Below are positions 22,669-32,900 of a stretch of 64,000 bases of DNA, in pieces (the stretch's first letter is position 1; each line of letters begins with the position of its first letter). The notes under the pieces are model-generated. The model searched no databases. It was not told the origin of the DNA and was given only the letters and a program-made list of their open reading frames with translations. This stretch comes from an uncultured cyanobacterium (GTDB lineage Bacteria > Cyanobacteriota > Cyanobacteriia > Pseudanabaenales > Pseudanabaenaceae), in assembly GCA_963703315.1 (NCBI GenBank), contig OY969811.1, positions 1,376,001 through 1,440,000 on the forward strand, in the 5' to 3' direction. The translations under genes were made by a program, and so were the position numbers.

Positions 22669-23907
22669 TTAAGCGTCCTTTTTCAGAATTTCCACTTTAT
22701 CTAGACGTTCCCAAGGAAGATCGAGATCGTTGCGACCTAAATGACCATAGGCTGCAACATCTTGATAAAAACGACCACCTCTAGAGCTTGGTAAATTTTG
22801 CAAATCAAAATTCTTGATAATTGCCGCAGGGCGTAAATCAAAATTGTCCTTGACTAAGCGTAATAAAGTTTCTTCATCAACCTTGCCAGTGCCGAATGTC
22901 TCGATGTGCATACTGGTAGGACGCGCCACACCGATCGCATAGCTGATTTGTAACTCGCACTTACTGGCAAGCCCAGCAGCCACAATATTTTTAGCAGCAT
23001 GACGAGCTGCATAAGCGGCACTGCGATCAACTTTTGTGGGATCTTTACCTGAGAAAGCACCGCCACCATGACGTGCATAGCCGCCGTAGGTATCAACGAT
23101 AATTTTGCGTCCTGTTAGACCAGAGTCGCCTTGTGGTCCACCAATTACAAATTTACCTGTGGGGTTAACTAGGTAGCGAGTTTGATCATTGGGCTTGATC
23201 GATGTATCAGCAAAACTAGGCAAAACTACATGTGTCCAGAGATCAGCTTTGATCCGTTCTTGGACTTTGGCTTCATCGCTAATGCCATCGATCGCCGCAT
23301 CATGCTGCGTAGAAATTAGGATCGTATCGATCGCCACAGGCTTGTCACCTTCATAAACCACGGTGACTTGAGTTTTACCATCGGGACGCAAATAAGCTAA
23401 AGTGCCATTTTTACGAACGACTGATAACTGACGTGCTAAGCGATGGGCGATCGCGATCGGCATGGGCATAAACTCAGGGGTTTCGTCACAAGCAAACCCA
23501 AACATAATCCCTTGGTCACCAGCGCCAACTGCTTCGAGGGCTGCATCTTCTTCTGCACCAGTGCGGGCTTCAAGTGCTACATTCACGCCTTGAGCAATGT
23601 CTGGGGACTGCTCATCAAGGGCGACCATCACTGCACAGCTATTTGCTGAAAAGCCATTATCCGCATCGGTATAACCAATTTCCGCAATTTTTTTACGAGC
23701 AATATCGACGTAGTTGACATGCGCTTTAGTTGTGATTTCCCCTGTGATCAAGACTAGACCCGTGTTAACTACAACCTCGGCTGCGACACGCGATCGCGGA
23801 TCTTGAGCCAACAAGGTATCGAGAATCGTATCGGAAATTTGATCACAAATTTTATCAGGGTGACCTTCCGTAACCGATTCAGATGTAAATAAGAAGCGAC
23901 TAGCCAA
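22669..23907 (-). CDS. metK: S-adenosylmethionine synthetase
   Basis: [38 protein letters not shown] start with GGAGGA SD. Confidence 0.98.
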   Translation of the reverse strand: MASRFLFTSESVTEGHPDKICDQISDTILDTLLAQDPRSRVAAEVVVNTGLVLITGEITTKAHVNYVDIARKKIAEIGYTDADNGFSANSCAVMVALDEQSPDIAQGVNVALEARTGAEEDAALEAVGAGDQGIMFGFACDETPEFMPMPIAIAHRLARQLSVVRKNGTLAYLRPDGKTQVTVVYEGDKPVAIDTILISTQHDAAIDGISDEAKVQERIKADLWTHVVLPSFADTSIKPNDQTRYLVNPTGKFVIGGPQGDSGLTGRKIIVDTYGGYARHGGGAFSGKDPTKVDRSAAYAARHAAKNIVAAGLASKCELQISYAIGVARPTSMHIETFGTGKVDEETLLRLVKDNFDLRPAAIIKNFDLQNLPSSRGGRFYQDVAAYGHLGRNDLDLPWERLDKVEILKKDA

Positions 23908-24289
23908 CTATGTTTCCTCCTAAACGCAAGAAGTGTAAGGCAAATTTTTGGTATCTCTTAAGATTTACCCATCATAGTACAAGGCGTTATTGGGTCGTTA
24001 CTTGTTTTCGCTAGTTTAATTGCCGCTAAGTGACCGCAAATTTAGATGATTTAGGGTGGCGGCGTAAGCGCCGCCACCCTAAATTGGGATTTTTTCCCTA
24101 TCGAAGCTAATCCTCTGTACCTCGGCTTGAAAAGCGCTATAAATCGGATTTGGTATTAGACATTAGCTATGCAAACAAATTCTCAAAAAATATTTAAAAA
24201 ATTCTATAAAAATGTGGCTGTGTATGGGTATAGTCTGATCAATCTAATTACTACTATTGATTGCCAAAATCACCAAGTTTTCTAAACCT

Positions 24290-24790
24290 ATGGAGGCAAA
24301 TAACTTGAAATTTCAAACTACTGCTCAAGAAGCCTGTTATGAAAAAGTAGTAACGTGGATGCAAGAGATATTTGGCAAATATCCCTGCGCTCGCCAAGAT
24401 GTGCCAGGATTAGGCGTATTTGTCGGCTCAGCCTTAGTAGAAGTACTGATTTTCCCTTGGGATCAAAATGATGCAATTATCAACACGCGATCGTATGTTG
24501 TGGTTGGTGCAGAGTTAAAACCTGACCTGATGCGCTACTTACTTGAAGAAAATGCCAAGATGGTCTTTGGAGCCTTTGGGATATCTCCAGATAGTGAAAT
24601 TCTGTTTGAGCATTCAATAGTTGGTTCGACTTGTGATATCAAAGAGTTGGAAGCATCAGTCAAGGCAGTAATGGAAATTGCTGATGAATATGACGACAAG
24701 ATTGTCGATCGCTGGGGTGGTAAACGAGCATTAGATAGAATTCATGCAGGTACATTGTCAAACAACGGTTGGTCATTACCAAAGTTATAA
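24290..24790 (+). CDS. YbjN/T3SS-chaperone-like domain protein
   Basis: LMRYLLEENAKMVFGAFGI...ADEYDDKIV..WGGKRA; start at ATG 24290. Confidence 0.75.
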   Translation: MEANNLKFQTTAQEACYEKVVTWMQEIFGKYPCARQDVPGLGVFVGSALVEVLIFPWDQNDAIINTRSYVVVGAELKPDLMRYLLEENAKMVFGAFGISPDSEILFEHSIVGSTCDIKELEASVKAVMEIADEYDDKIVDRWGGKRALDRIHAGTLSNNGWSLPKL

Positions 24791-24892
24791 AAAGTCATAA
24801 ACAGCGAAAGGGGTTACCTAAGTAACCCCTTTCGCTGTTTATGAGAGCGCAAAGCGCTATATTCTAGATCACTCCCAAATTAGCAAAGTTCT

Positions 24893-26059
24893 ATGTCCCA
24901 AATGATCGCCGATATTAATGCCAAAATCAAAGCTGGCAAAGCTAAAGTCCTCACGGCTACCGAACTCAAAGCCCTTGTCGCAGATATTGGTGTAACTCAA
25001 GCGGCTAAGCAGGTAGATGTGATCGTTACAGGTACATTCGAGCCGATGGAATCATCGGGGGCAATTCTGAATTTAGGACATACCGATCCGCCGATTAAGA
25101 TTCGGACTTGTTGGATAGATGGTGTTCCCGCCTATGCAGGATTTGGAGCCGTTGATATTTATTTAGGCGCAACTCAAGAAGCTGATCCTACTGATGAAGC
25201 CCCATCATATCGTGGTGGTGGTCATGCGATCGCCGATTTGATCGCGGGCAAAACAGTAAGCTTTAAAGCGATCGGACATCCCAATGATTGTTATCCTCGT
25301 GCTAATTTTGAAACCACAATTACTAAAGAATCGATTAATCAGTTCTATCTCTTTAATCCTCGTAATCTCTATCAAAATTTTATTGTCGGCGTTAATGGAG
25401 GCGAAGAAACTCTCTACACTTATTTAGGACCTCTTCAGCCACGATTAGGGAATGCTGTGTATTCTAACCCTGGGGCAATTTCACCACTATGGAATGATCC
25501 CGATTTGCAACTGATTGGCATCGGTACAAGAATTTTTATGGGTGGCGGCATTGGGTATGTCGCTTGGGAAGGAACCCAGCATTTCCCATTGCAAAAGCGT
25601 TTAGAGAATCGTACTCCCATTGGACCTGCGGCAACATTGGCTTTGATTGGTGATGCGAAGCAAATGACTCCTGAATGGGTGCGTGGCTGCTATTTCCGCA
25701 ACTATGGTGCATCTTTGATGATGGGTGTGGCGGTTCCATTACCAGTAATTAATGAAGAGGTGGTAGCAAGAGCCGCCGTAATGGATGAAGACCTAGTTGC
25801 GCCCGTTATTGATTTCTCAATTCCGCGCAGAGTGCGTCCGATTTTTGGTTCGGTGTCTTATGCTCAACTGAAGTCTGGCAAAATTGCGATCGCAGGTTCA
25901 ACGGTGCGGACTGCGCCTTTAGCGAGTTTACATTTGTCTGAAGAAGCAGCTAAAACTCTGAAGGATTGGATTGAGAAGGGTGAGTTTACGCTTACGGAAC
26001 CTGTGGCAATGTTGCCAAGCGATCGCACATTTTTACCTCAAGATGTACGTGGATTTTAA
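24893..26059 (+). CDS. Homocysteine biosynthesis protein (DUF39; aspartate-semialdehyde sulfurtransferase-like)
   Basis: VDVIVTGTFEPMESSGA, AVDIYLGAT, GGGHAIADLIAG, FNPRNLYQN, EGTQH. Confidence 0.85.
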   Translation: MSQMIADINAKIKAGKAKVLTATELKALVADIGVTQAAKQVDVIVTGTFEPMESSGAILNLGHTDPPIKIRTCWIDGVPAYAGFGAVDIYLGATQEADPTDEAPSYRGGGHAIADLIAGKTVSFKAIGHPNDCYPRANFETTITKESINQFYLFNPRNLYQNFIVGVNGGEETLYTYLGPLQPRLGNAVYSNPGAISPLWNDPDLQLIGIGTRIFMGGGIGYVAWEGTQHFPLQKRLENRTPIGPAATLALIGDAKQMTPEWVRGCYFRNYGASLMMGVAVPLPVINEEVVARAAVMDEDLVAPVIDFSIPRRVRPIFGSVSYAQLKSGKIAIAGSTVRTAPLASLHLSEEAAKTLKDWIEKGEFTLTEPVAMLPSDRTFLPQDVRGF

Positions 26060-26179
26060 ATTTAACCCAAAAGAGAGTGGCGGCGCTTCGCGCCGCCACT
26101 CTCTTTTGGGTTAGCTAGTGCTATACAAAACCACACGAGAAGTTGATAATTATACAAATAGTGATTGACGAGTAATGAC

Positions 26180-26926
26180 ATGGGAACAATGAAGGCTAAG
26201 GTTGCCACAAAATTAAAAATTCGTCCAGTTGATTCATCACAACTTACAAAACCTAATGAAACCATTGATGTTCCAGTAGGTAAAACCTATGGATTCGATC
26301 GCTTTGAACCAGCCGAAAATGGACATATAAAAGTAACATTGGCAGCTAATAGTGGTACATATTTTGCTTTTCCTCCCCATTGGGATGGACTAGTCCCTGC
26401 GATCGCCCAAATTGTCAGCAAGCAACAAGCTGAAGCTCTCTTTGGCAACCCCATTAGTGATGTGCAGCTTCAAGATTTAAATGCCTGCCTGACGCGCTAC
26501 AAGATTACTACTGCCCCCAGATTGCGCCATTTCCTTAGTCAAATTGCCCATGAGTCAGGTGGCTTACTCTATACCCAAGAACTTGCTGATGGCTCAGACT
26601 ATGAAGGTCGAGACGATCTTGGTAATGTGAAGGCAGGTGATGGACCAAAGTATAAAGGGGCAGGAGTGATTCAGCTTACGGGACGCGCAAATTATCAGGC
26701 TTTTAGCAATGCGATCGCTGATCCAAAAGTAATGGATGGAGTTGCCTATGTTGCCAGTAAATACCCCTTTACCAGTGCAGGTTTTTGGTGGGACAACAAT
26801 GATATGAATGCACTATGTGATGGTGGTGCAACTGTTAAACAAGTAACTTTAAGAGTGAATGGCGGCTATAACGGTCTAGAAGATCGTCAACATTACTATC
26901 AAAAAGCTTGTGGCATTTTTGCCTAA
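26180..26926 (+). CDS. Glycoside hydrolase family 19 protein (lysozyme/chitinase-like) with N-terminal accessory domain
   Basis: [21 protein letters not shown]...[31 protein letters not shown]. Confidence 0.9.
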   Translation: MGTMKAKVATKLKIRPVDSSQLTKPNETIDVPVGKTYGFDRFEPAENGHIKVTLAANSGTYFAFPPHWDGLVPAIAQIVSKQQAEALFGNPISDVQLQDLNACLTRYKITTAPRLRHFLSQIAHESGGLLYTQELADGSDYEGRDDLGNVKAGDGPKYKGAGVIQLTGRANYQAFSNAIADPKVMDGVAYVASKYPFTSAGFWWDNNDMNALCDGGATVKQVTLRVNGGYNGLEDRQHYYQKACGIFA

Positions 26927-27141
26927 ACTTCAGATCCTCACATAATAAGAAACCAGATTTTTTGTGGCGCGACGAAGCCGCACCACAAAAAATCTGGTTT
27001 CTTATTAACAATGTAAGTTTTGCTTAGCCCCAAAGATTAATAGCGCCGCTATCAATCTTTGGGGTTTTAATTTGTCCTAACAAGACTGGCGATCGCTTAG
27101 ATACAAAAGAGGGCATTGCCCTCTTTTGAGTTGGGATAATG

Positions 27142-27147
27142 TATACT
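27142..27147 (+). promoter_or_regulatory. Putative -10 element for 6S RNA
   Basis: TATACT about 7 nt upstream of predicted 5' end. Confidence 0.5.
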
Positions 27148-27153
27148 TTTACT

Positions 27154-27345
27154 AAGCTCCTCTGTGGCGTGCGTGACTACCGATAATGTTCTTGATCGAT
27201 AATTGTTTTTTAGGAGTCTTCGCAGTCTTCGCCGCAGTATACCAGACTTGCATCTGGGAACTTTAAGTTAGGCGCAGCGCTTCGGCTCCACCTGGTTTTA
27301 CCGGGTCAAACAACTGAGGTAAGACGGCGTTGCGGAGGGGTGAAA
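27154..27345 (+). ncRNA. ssrS: 6S RNA (cyanobacterial 6Sa)
   Basis: ORF-free stretch of about 190 nt; 5' CTCCTCTGTGGCG pairs with 3' CGTTGCGGAGGGG using G-U pairs only on the + strand; GGGAACTTTAAGTTAGG and CAACTGAGGTAAGACGGCG match recalled cyanobacterial 6S blocks; ends approximate. Confidence 0.82.
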
Positions 27346-27404
27346 CTCAAAAAATTTTAAAAGTGGCTCTGTGCATCACAGAGCCACTTTTAAAATTTTT
27401 TGAG
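27346..27404. terminator. 28-bp-arm perfect palindrome, likely terminator of 6S RNA
   Basis: CTCAAAAAATTTTAAAAGTGGCTCTGTG-CAT-CACAGAGCCACTTTTAAAATTTTTTGAG. Confidence 0.65.
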
Positions 27405-27411
27405 AAAATGC

Positions 27412-27439
27412 TTGCAATTAAATCAAACCATGTTATATT
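27412..27439 (+). promoter_or_regulatory. Putative sigma70-type promoter of tRNA-fMet
   Basis: TTGCAA (27412-27417), 16-nt spacer, TGnTATATT (-10 at 27434-27439). Confidence 0.5.
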
Positions 27440-27454
27440 AGCTAAGCGAAGCAA

Positions 27455-27528
<74 letters not shown>

Positions 27529-27532
27529 TTTA

Positions 27533-27573
27533 ATAAAAAGAAACCGTCCTAATACAGGACGGTTTCTTTTTAT
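27533..27573. terminator. Bidirectional intrinsic terminator after tRNA
   Basis: ATAAAAAGAAACCGTCCT-AATAC-AGGACGGTTTCTTTTTAT between convergent genes. Confidence 0.7.
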
Positions 27574-27578
27574 GGTTT

Positions 27579-27842
27579 TTATGAGTTAGTAATACTTCTA
27601 AACAAGTAGCCGACTACGACACCAATTATGAGTGCCCAAATTTGACCAGAGCTTACAAATTTATTCCAACCTCTACTCATGTCTCCGACAACATCTTGCT
27701 TAAATTGTTGAGCAAGTAAATCCATATTTATGTGTGAATGGCTATCAGCAATATTGAAGTGAAAACTATTAGCAAGATCGATCGCTGAAAGGTGAAACGA
27801 TGAATCAACGCTAGTTACTAAATGTTGGGCTAAGTCAAGCAT
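27579..27842 (-). CDS. Small cyanobacterial membrane protein
   Basis: LAQQF..DV...WNKFVSSGQIWALIIGVVVGYLFRS; the true start may be downstream. Confidence 0.75.
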   Translation of the reverse strand: MLDLAQHLVTSVDSSFHLSAIDLANSFHFNIADSHSHINMDLLAQQFKQDVVGDMSRGWNKFVSSGQIWALIIGVVVGYLFRSITNS

Positions 27843-27873
27843 AATATTTCAGAATAAGATTACAAGATGAATT

Positions 27874-29262
27874 TTAATTTACTAGAGTTTTGTCTTTGAT
27901 ATGCAAAACCACTAGGGTCATGTCATCGGTATGAGTATGCCCTTCTCCAATAAAGTTTTGCACTTCTTGGAAAATATAGTCAAGAATCATTTGTGGGCGC
28001 GTTACATCTTCGGATAGCGGGAAGCAATGCTGACAAGCCCAGTCTAACGCCTTGCGGAGATTTTCTTCGTCAAAGCGATCGCCTTCAGGACTCGCTGCTT
28101 CGGTAAAGCCATCGGTGTAATAAATGACGACATCACCAGAATGTAAATGCGTCTTGCGTTCCTCATACTTAGAGCCAGCCTCTAGACCGATTAACGCTCC
28201 CATCGTGTCAAGGGCATGAATGCTACGAGTTTTTGCGCGCCAATGCAATGCAGGAGTATGAGCAGCATTACTAAACGAAAGAATCTGCGTAGTGGGATCG
28301 TATTCTGAATAAAACATCGTTACGAAGCGATGGGATTTTTCCAGATCCTCATACATCACTTCGTTGAGATGTTCCAAGATTTTGCTAGGGGAATGATTGT
28401 TTAACACCTCTGCTCGTAACATCCCCCGTGTCATTGTCATGATTAAACCTGCGGGAACCCCCTTACCCATGACATCGCCGACTACAAAACTCCAGCGATC
28501 GCCCTTTTGCATGGGAATAAAATCATAATAATCGCCACCCACACGGCTCGCTGTCGAACATCGTGCTGAGATTTCAATACCTTCGATTTTCGGACAATTG
28601 CGCGGTAAGAGTTGGCGTTGAATTTCAGCACCAATCTCCATCTCGCGATCTTGACGCTCTTTTTTGATCAGTTCACTGGTGAGTTCGTGATTTTCTAAAC
28701 CTACCGATGTTTGATCGGCAACTAACCGCATCAAAGTACGCTTGTTATCTGTCCAAATATAATCAGGTTTACGACTAAATATATATAGACGACCACGCAC
28801 TGCATTTTTGACTAAAACCGAAGTGCCGTACAAATGCACATCTGCACCCAAATAGCGACTAACCATTTCATCAAGGGCGGTGGGGCTACCTGTTAAAACC
28901 TGTTGGATCGCTCGTTCGATCGCCGTGCGTACCTGTTGCGCTTTCATGCCACCTTGATTACGCTCAGGACAATGCAACGACTCTAGGCGCATCTGTCCAC
29001 TGGCTTTAAACAAAATTAGCGCACCACCATCGGAGTCAGTTACGCGACTGGCAATCAGGGGGATTAATTCTAAAAATTGGTTGAGGTTACTAAAGCTGCG
29101 GAGAGCGTAACCCAAGAAGCTAAGCAGCTCATGGATTTTATTTTGATCCTGACTCATCCGTTTGAGCAGGTCTTTGAGATCTTTCATCACCATTACAGAC
29201 GCATTGTCTATGTCTGGCTGTGGTGATAATGATCTGTTTCTAGGTGGCAATGATAGAGACAT
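27874..29262 (-). CDS. GAF + PP2C/SpoIIE-type serine phosphatase (RsbU-like)
   Basis: VGGDYYDF, GDVMGKGVPAGL, YTDGFTEA, DDMTLVV. Confidence 0.92.
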   Translation of the reverse strand: MSLSLPPRNRSLSPQPDIDNASVMVMKDLKDLLKRMSQDQNKIHELLSFLGYALRSFSNLNQFLELIPLIASRVTDSDGGALILFKASGQMRLESLHCPERNQGGMKAQQVRTAIERAIQQVLTGSPTALDEMVSRYLGADVHLYGTSVLVKNAVRGRLYIFSRKPDYIWTDNKRTLMRLVADQTSVGLENHELTSELIKKERQDREMEIGAEIQRQLLPRNCPKIEGIEISARCSTASRVGGDYYDFIPMQKGDRWSFVVGDVMGKGVPAGLIMTMTRGMLRAEVLNNHSPSKILEHLNEVMYEDLEKSHRFVTMFYSEYDPTTQILSFSNAAHTPALHWRAKTRSIHALDTMGALIGLEAGSKYEERKTHLHSGDVVIYYTDGFTEAASPEGDRFDEENLRKALDWACQHCFPLSEDVTRPQMILDYIFQEVQNFIGEGHTHTDDMTLVVLHIKDKTLVN

Positions 29263-29465
29263 ACCAATGCTGCAACGCTAGGTGGTTTATAGGAAAGCTA
29301 TTTTGTGAAAGCTAATTTAGTCAAACAGTTTAGCCTTAGTTGGACAAAAAATACGACTAATTTTTTTAATTGAGAGGCGCTTTGCATCTCTCAAGTTTAA
29401 TCAACTAAAACTACAACCTGAGGCGCTCGCCTCAGGTTGTAGTTTTAGCTCAATTAATTGCGTAC

Positions 29466-31124
29466 TTAATTGCTTAATAAAGCCTCGACAAATTCGTAGC
29501 TCGAAAATGGGCGCAAGTCTTCAATGCCTTCACCAGCACCGATAAATCTGATCGGTAATCCTAATTGTTGGACTACCGCGATCGCCACACCACCTTTAGC
29601 CGTACCATCAAGTTTTGTGAGAATTACACCCGTAATGCCTGCGGATTGGGCAAAGACTTCTGCTTGCTTTAGTCCATTTTGACCGAGGGTGGAGTCTAGA
29701 ACTAGCAGAGATTCGATCTTGGCATCGGCAGATTTTTTATCGACAATGCGGCGAATTTTGCTGAGTTCTTCCATCAGATTCTTCTTGTTTTGCAATCTGC
29801 CAGCAGTATCTACCAGTAATAGCTCTGTACCTCTAGCTTGAGCAGCAGAGATCGCATCAAAAACGACGGCGGCGGGATCAGCGTTTTGGGCGGGGTTACA
29901 AATTACGTCCACATTCGATCGCTGTCCCCAACTCTTGACTTGTTCAACCGCAGCCGCACGGAAAGTATCGGCAGCAGCAATGAGAGTTTTATAACCAGAT
30001 TTGACACTCAGGTGGGATAGCTTGCCAATGGTCGTGGTTTTACCTGCACCATTTACACCTGTAATCAACCAAATATTCAGTTGATTTTTTTCAGGGATCA
30101 GCATTGGGATTGGCTCACCCCCCTTCTGGGCTGATACATCGAGCATCTCCCGTAGAATTTGTTTGAGATAGGCGATCGCCTCTTCTGGTGGCAAAACTTC
30201 TTTGCGGAGTTTGTCTTGCAATTTAGCAATAATTTGATCAGTTGCCTTGACCCCGACATCTGCCTGTAAAAGCAATGCCTCAATATCATCAACGGAGTCA
30301 GCACTAAGCGGACCTTGCCCAACGATCGCCTTTAGCTGATTAACCAGTGATAAACGAGTTTTATCTAAGCCTTGACGCAGACGATTTAACCATGTGATTT
30401 CTTCGACAGAAATTTCTTCAGGGCGACGACCTTGAGATGCGAGGACTTCAGCTGACCAGATAAAATCATCATCAAACTTGATCGTGGCTTTGCGTCTAGG
30501 TGGAACTTTAACTTCTGGCTCTGGTTCAACGATCGCCGTAGCTTCGAGGGCAGCAATGCGGGCAAGGCGATCGCTTTCTGACTGCATCCAAAAAGGTACA
30601 GCCGCAGTTTCTGGTTCTGCTGTAGTTTCGATGCTTGTTTCAGCGATCGTTGTTGCTGGTGGTATTTCTTCTAGTGATCTTTCTATTTCGTCTAGTAATC
30701 CTTCTACATATGTCTCAACTGCATTCACAGCAACTGTTTCAGGGGTTTTTACTGTCGCTGCAATAATTTCTGGTTCCTCAAGCTTGGATTCAGGATCAGG
30801 ACTTTCAGGATCAATTTCTGAATCAATAATTTCAGGTTGAGTGATTTCAGCTTCAGTAATTTCTGGCTTAGTGACCTCTGGCTCAGCAACTTCTGGCTCA
30901 GCAACTTCAGAGGCTTTATCCTCAGTAATTTCTGCCTGTTGCTGCACATTGGCATAGGCTGCCTTTGCCCAATTGAGTAAATCTTGAGAGGCGGGTGAGG
31001 CGATCGGGCTATTGTCGTCAATGGGTGCAGCTTCAGGTACTGATTCAGTTGGGGCTGACTCTACAGGTTGATCCTTTTCATCTTTTTCATCATCAAACTT
31101 TCGCCGAAACCAGTTAAACACCAT
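29466..31124 (-). CDS. ftsY: Signal recognition particle receptor FtsY with long acidic N-terminus
   Basis: GVNGAGKTTTIGK, DTFRAAA, DTAGRLQ, TKLDGTAKGG; start at MVFNWF. Confidence 0.96.
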   Translation of the reverse strand: MVFNWFRRKFDDEKDEKDQPVESAPTESVPEAAPIDDNSPIASPASQDLLNWAKAAYANVQQQAEITEDKASEVAEPEVAEPEVTKPEITEAEITQPEIIDSEIDPESPDPESKLEEPEIIAATVKTPETVAVNAVETYVEGLLDEIERSLEEIPPATTIAETSIETTAEPETAAVPFWMQSESDRLARIAALEATAIVEPEPEVKVPPRRKATIKFDDDFIWSAEVLASQGRRPEEISVEEITWLNRLRQGLDKTRLSLVNQLKAIVGQGPLSADSVDDIEALLLQADVGVKATDQIIAKLQDKLRKEVLPPEEAIAYLKQILREMLDVSAQKGGEPIPMLIPEKNQLNIWLITGVNGAGKTTTIGKLSHLSVKSGYKTLIAAADTFRAAAVEQVKSWGQRSNVDVICNPAQNADPAAVVFDAISAAQARGTELLLVDTAGRLQNKKNLMEELSKIRRIVDKKSADAKIESLLVLDSTLGQNGLKQAEVFAQSAGITGVILTKLDGTAKGGVAIAVVQQLGLPIRFIGAGEGIEDLRPFSSYEFVEALLSN

Positions 31125-31417
31125 ACTAATACCCTCGCGCAATGCCTCAATCTACAACAAACTCAATCGTAGTTTTAGAGAGCCAGTCTGGCTCTCTAAA
31201 ACTACGATTGAGTTTATTATCAGCTTACTAGGATAGTTTACGGTGTATGGGTTATTAGCACTTAATCTGGGCTAGACGGTTTTCCGAAATCACAAAAAAA
31301 TAAGCGACACAATGTGTCGCTTATAAATTACCCAAACCTGTAAAGTTTCGCCCCTGCGGGGCGAAACTTTACAGGTTTGGAATTTATTTACAAATCGTAT
31401 TTACAAATCGAAGATGT

Positions 31418-31771
31418 TTATCTCTTTTTAATATCTTTCGCCATATTCAAGAAGATATCCATGCTCGAATCTACACGATTATTAAGTCTCTTTGGTTCAA
31501 ATGTAGATGGAGAAATTGATGCAGATGAACTGCTGCTAGTGGTTTCAATTTCTGTACCTTCTGTTTTCTCGGTTGCAGACACGACTTCCACAATTTCAGC
31601 GCCTTTTTTGCCGTTAACAGTGGGGAATGTTTTTTTGACCGCTTTGGGGGTTCGCATATAGTCAATATCACCAAAGGTCTTAGCAGAATCTTGATCGAGG
31701 AAAAACTCAGAACCTTGCTTGTCTGAGTCTTCATTTTTATCTTTTTTGCCAAATAAGCCAAAAAGAGCCAT
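31418..31771 (-). CDS. Conserved cyanobacterial hypothetical protein
   Basis: FFLDQDSAKTFGDIDYMR...SSMDIFLNMAKDI; ATG with AAAGG SD. Confidence 0.75.
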   Translation of the reverse strand: MALFGLFGKKDKNEDSDKQGSEFFLDQDSAKTFGDIDYMRTPKAVKKTFPTVNGKKGAEIVEVVSATEKTEGTEIETTSSSSSASISPSTFEPKRLNNRVDSSMDIFLNMAKDIKKR

Positions 31772-31970
31772 GTATTTATACCTTTTTCTAAATTTTTATT
31801 GAATTTATTTTTATGTTGTGATGTGTAACATTTTAGCAATATAAGTCTATAAAAATAAATCAATTGATAAATAAATCACAAAAAATATAACTTCAGATGG
31901 TTGTTGGATTTGCAAGCCCAAGAAATGATTGGCGGCGCTTAGCGCCGCCAATCATTTCTTGGGCGATGGC

Positions 31971-32062
31971 TATAGCGCTTTTCAAGCCAGTGAGATGCAG
32001 AGGATTGTTTCCCAGTCTTCGGCTGGGAAACAATTAGATCGCGTAGATCGCGAAACGCCATA
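31971..32062. repeat. TATAGCG-ended MITE-like repeat (family C copy)
   Basis: TATAGCGCTTTTCAAGC...GGATTGTTTCCCAGTC-TTCG-GCTGGGAAACAAT...GAAACGCCATA; homologous to 54548-54642, 24086-24141 and 56203-56271. Confidence 0.7.
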
Positions 32063-32190
32063 TAGCTGTAAAAGCCCATAAAGAAAGGAGGCTCAAATGC
32101 CTCCTTTCTTTATGGGTAGCGATATTTAGAGATCGCCATAATTCTATAGATTAATCGCAGGGAGAAGCCCCACTTTTAATCACAGACTAA

Positions 32191-32574
32191 TTACAATCTG
32201 TAGTTAGCGTTGTTGATACGCTCACGTCCTAGAGATTCATCAGGTTTTTTGAGGGAGAATTTATCAGCATTTGCTTTAAGCAGTTCTTTTTGAGCTTCAG
32301 TCAATCCGTCAATGTTTAAAACATCGTTAAAGGATTTGTAAGGTGCATTTTCGATGATAATCCGTCCCAATGTGGGATATAAACCACGTACTTGCCGAAA
32401 AGCGTTGATATTAGCGTTATTTAAATCAATCTTGCTATTATCTTGCGTATAAAAATTGGTGGGAGCTAAGTCTTCGGCAAATGCAGCGTTACTGCCAAAA
32501 GAACCTAAAAAGCCAGTTGTCCAAATTGACGCGATCGCCACTAATAAAACAGAAAAGCGTATAAGTGCTTTCAT
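32191..32574 (-). CDS. psbU: Photosystem II 12 kDa extrinsic protein
   Basis: Signal peptide; KIDLNNANINAFRQVRGLYPTLG..I..NAPY...DVLNIDGLT...ERINN. Confidence 0.93.
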   Translation of the reverse strand: MKALIRFSVLLVAIASIWTTGFLGSFGSNAAFAEDLAPTNFYTQDNSKIDLNNANINAFRQVRGLYPTLGRIIIENAPYKSFNDVLNIDGLTEAQKELLKANADKFSLKKPDESLGRERINNANYRL

Positions 32575-32900
32575 GCCTAAAATCTCTCTATGTAAAAAAA
32601 TAATTTATTCACTTTCGAGATTAGCAGAAAAGTGGAAAACCCTAGCCTCACGTTACGCAAATCGAGAATATGTAAATAATTATCTCTATTTGTTAAATTA
32701 TCTTAACAAATTCTCAAAAGGATTCCAAGTCAATCGAATTGGCTTGATGCCTTATGCTGTCATGATCCCAGTCTTGTATTTGAAATTTTAGGCGATCGCG
32801 TAGGTTTAATTAACTATAAATAACTTGAGGGTCTGCAATTGGGCATAGGTACAATGACTGTCTAGAAATGGGTGGGTAATTACAACGGTTACTTTTGCAT

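Noticed and set aside
23907..24290. SAM riboswitch upstream of metK
   Set aside because: No SAM-I/II consensus blocks recognised; the structure present is a repeat palindrome.
31471..31863. 130-aa minus-strand ORF overlapping 31418-31771
   Set aside because: Alternative frame of a better-supported conserved ORF with SD; low-complexity K/L-rich composition.
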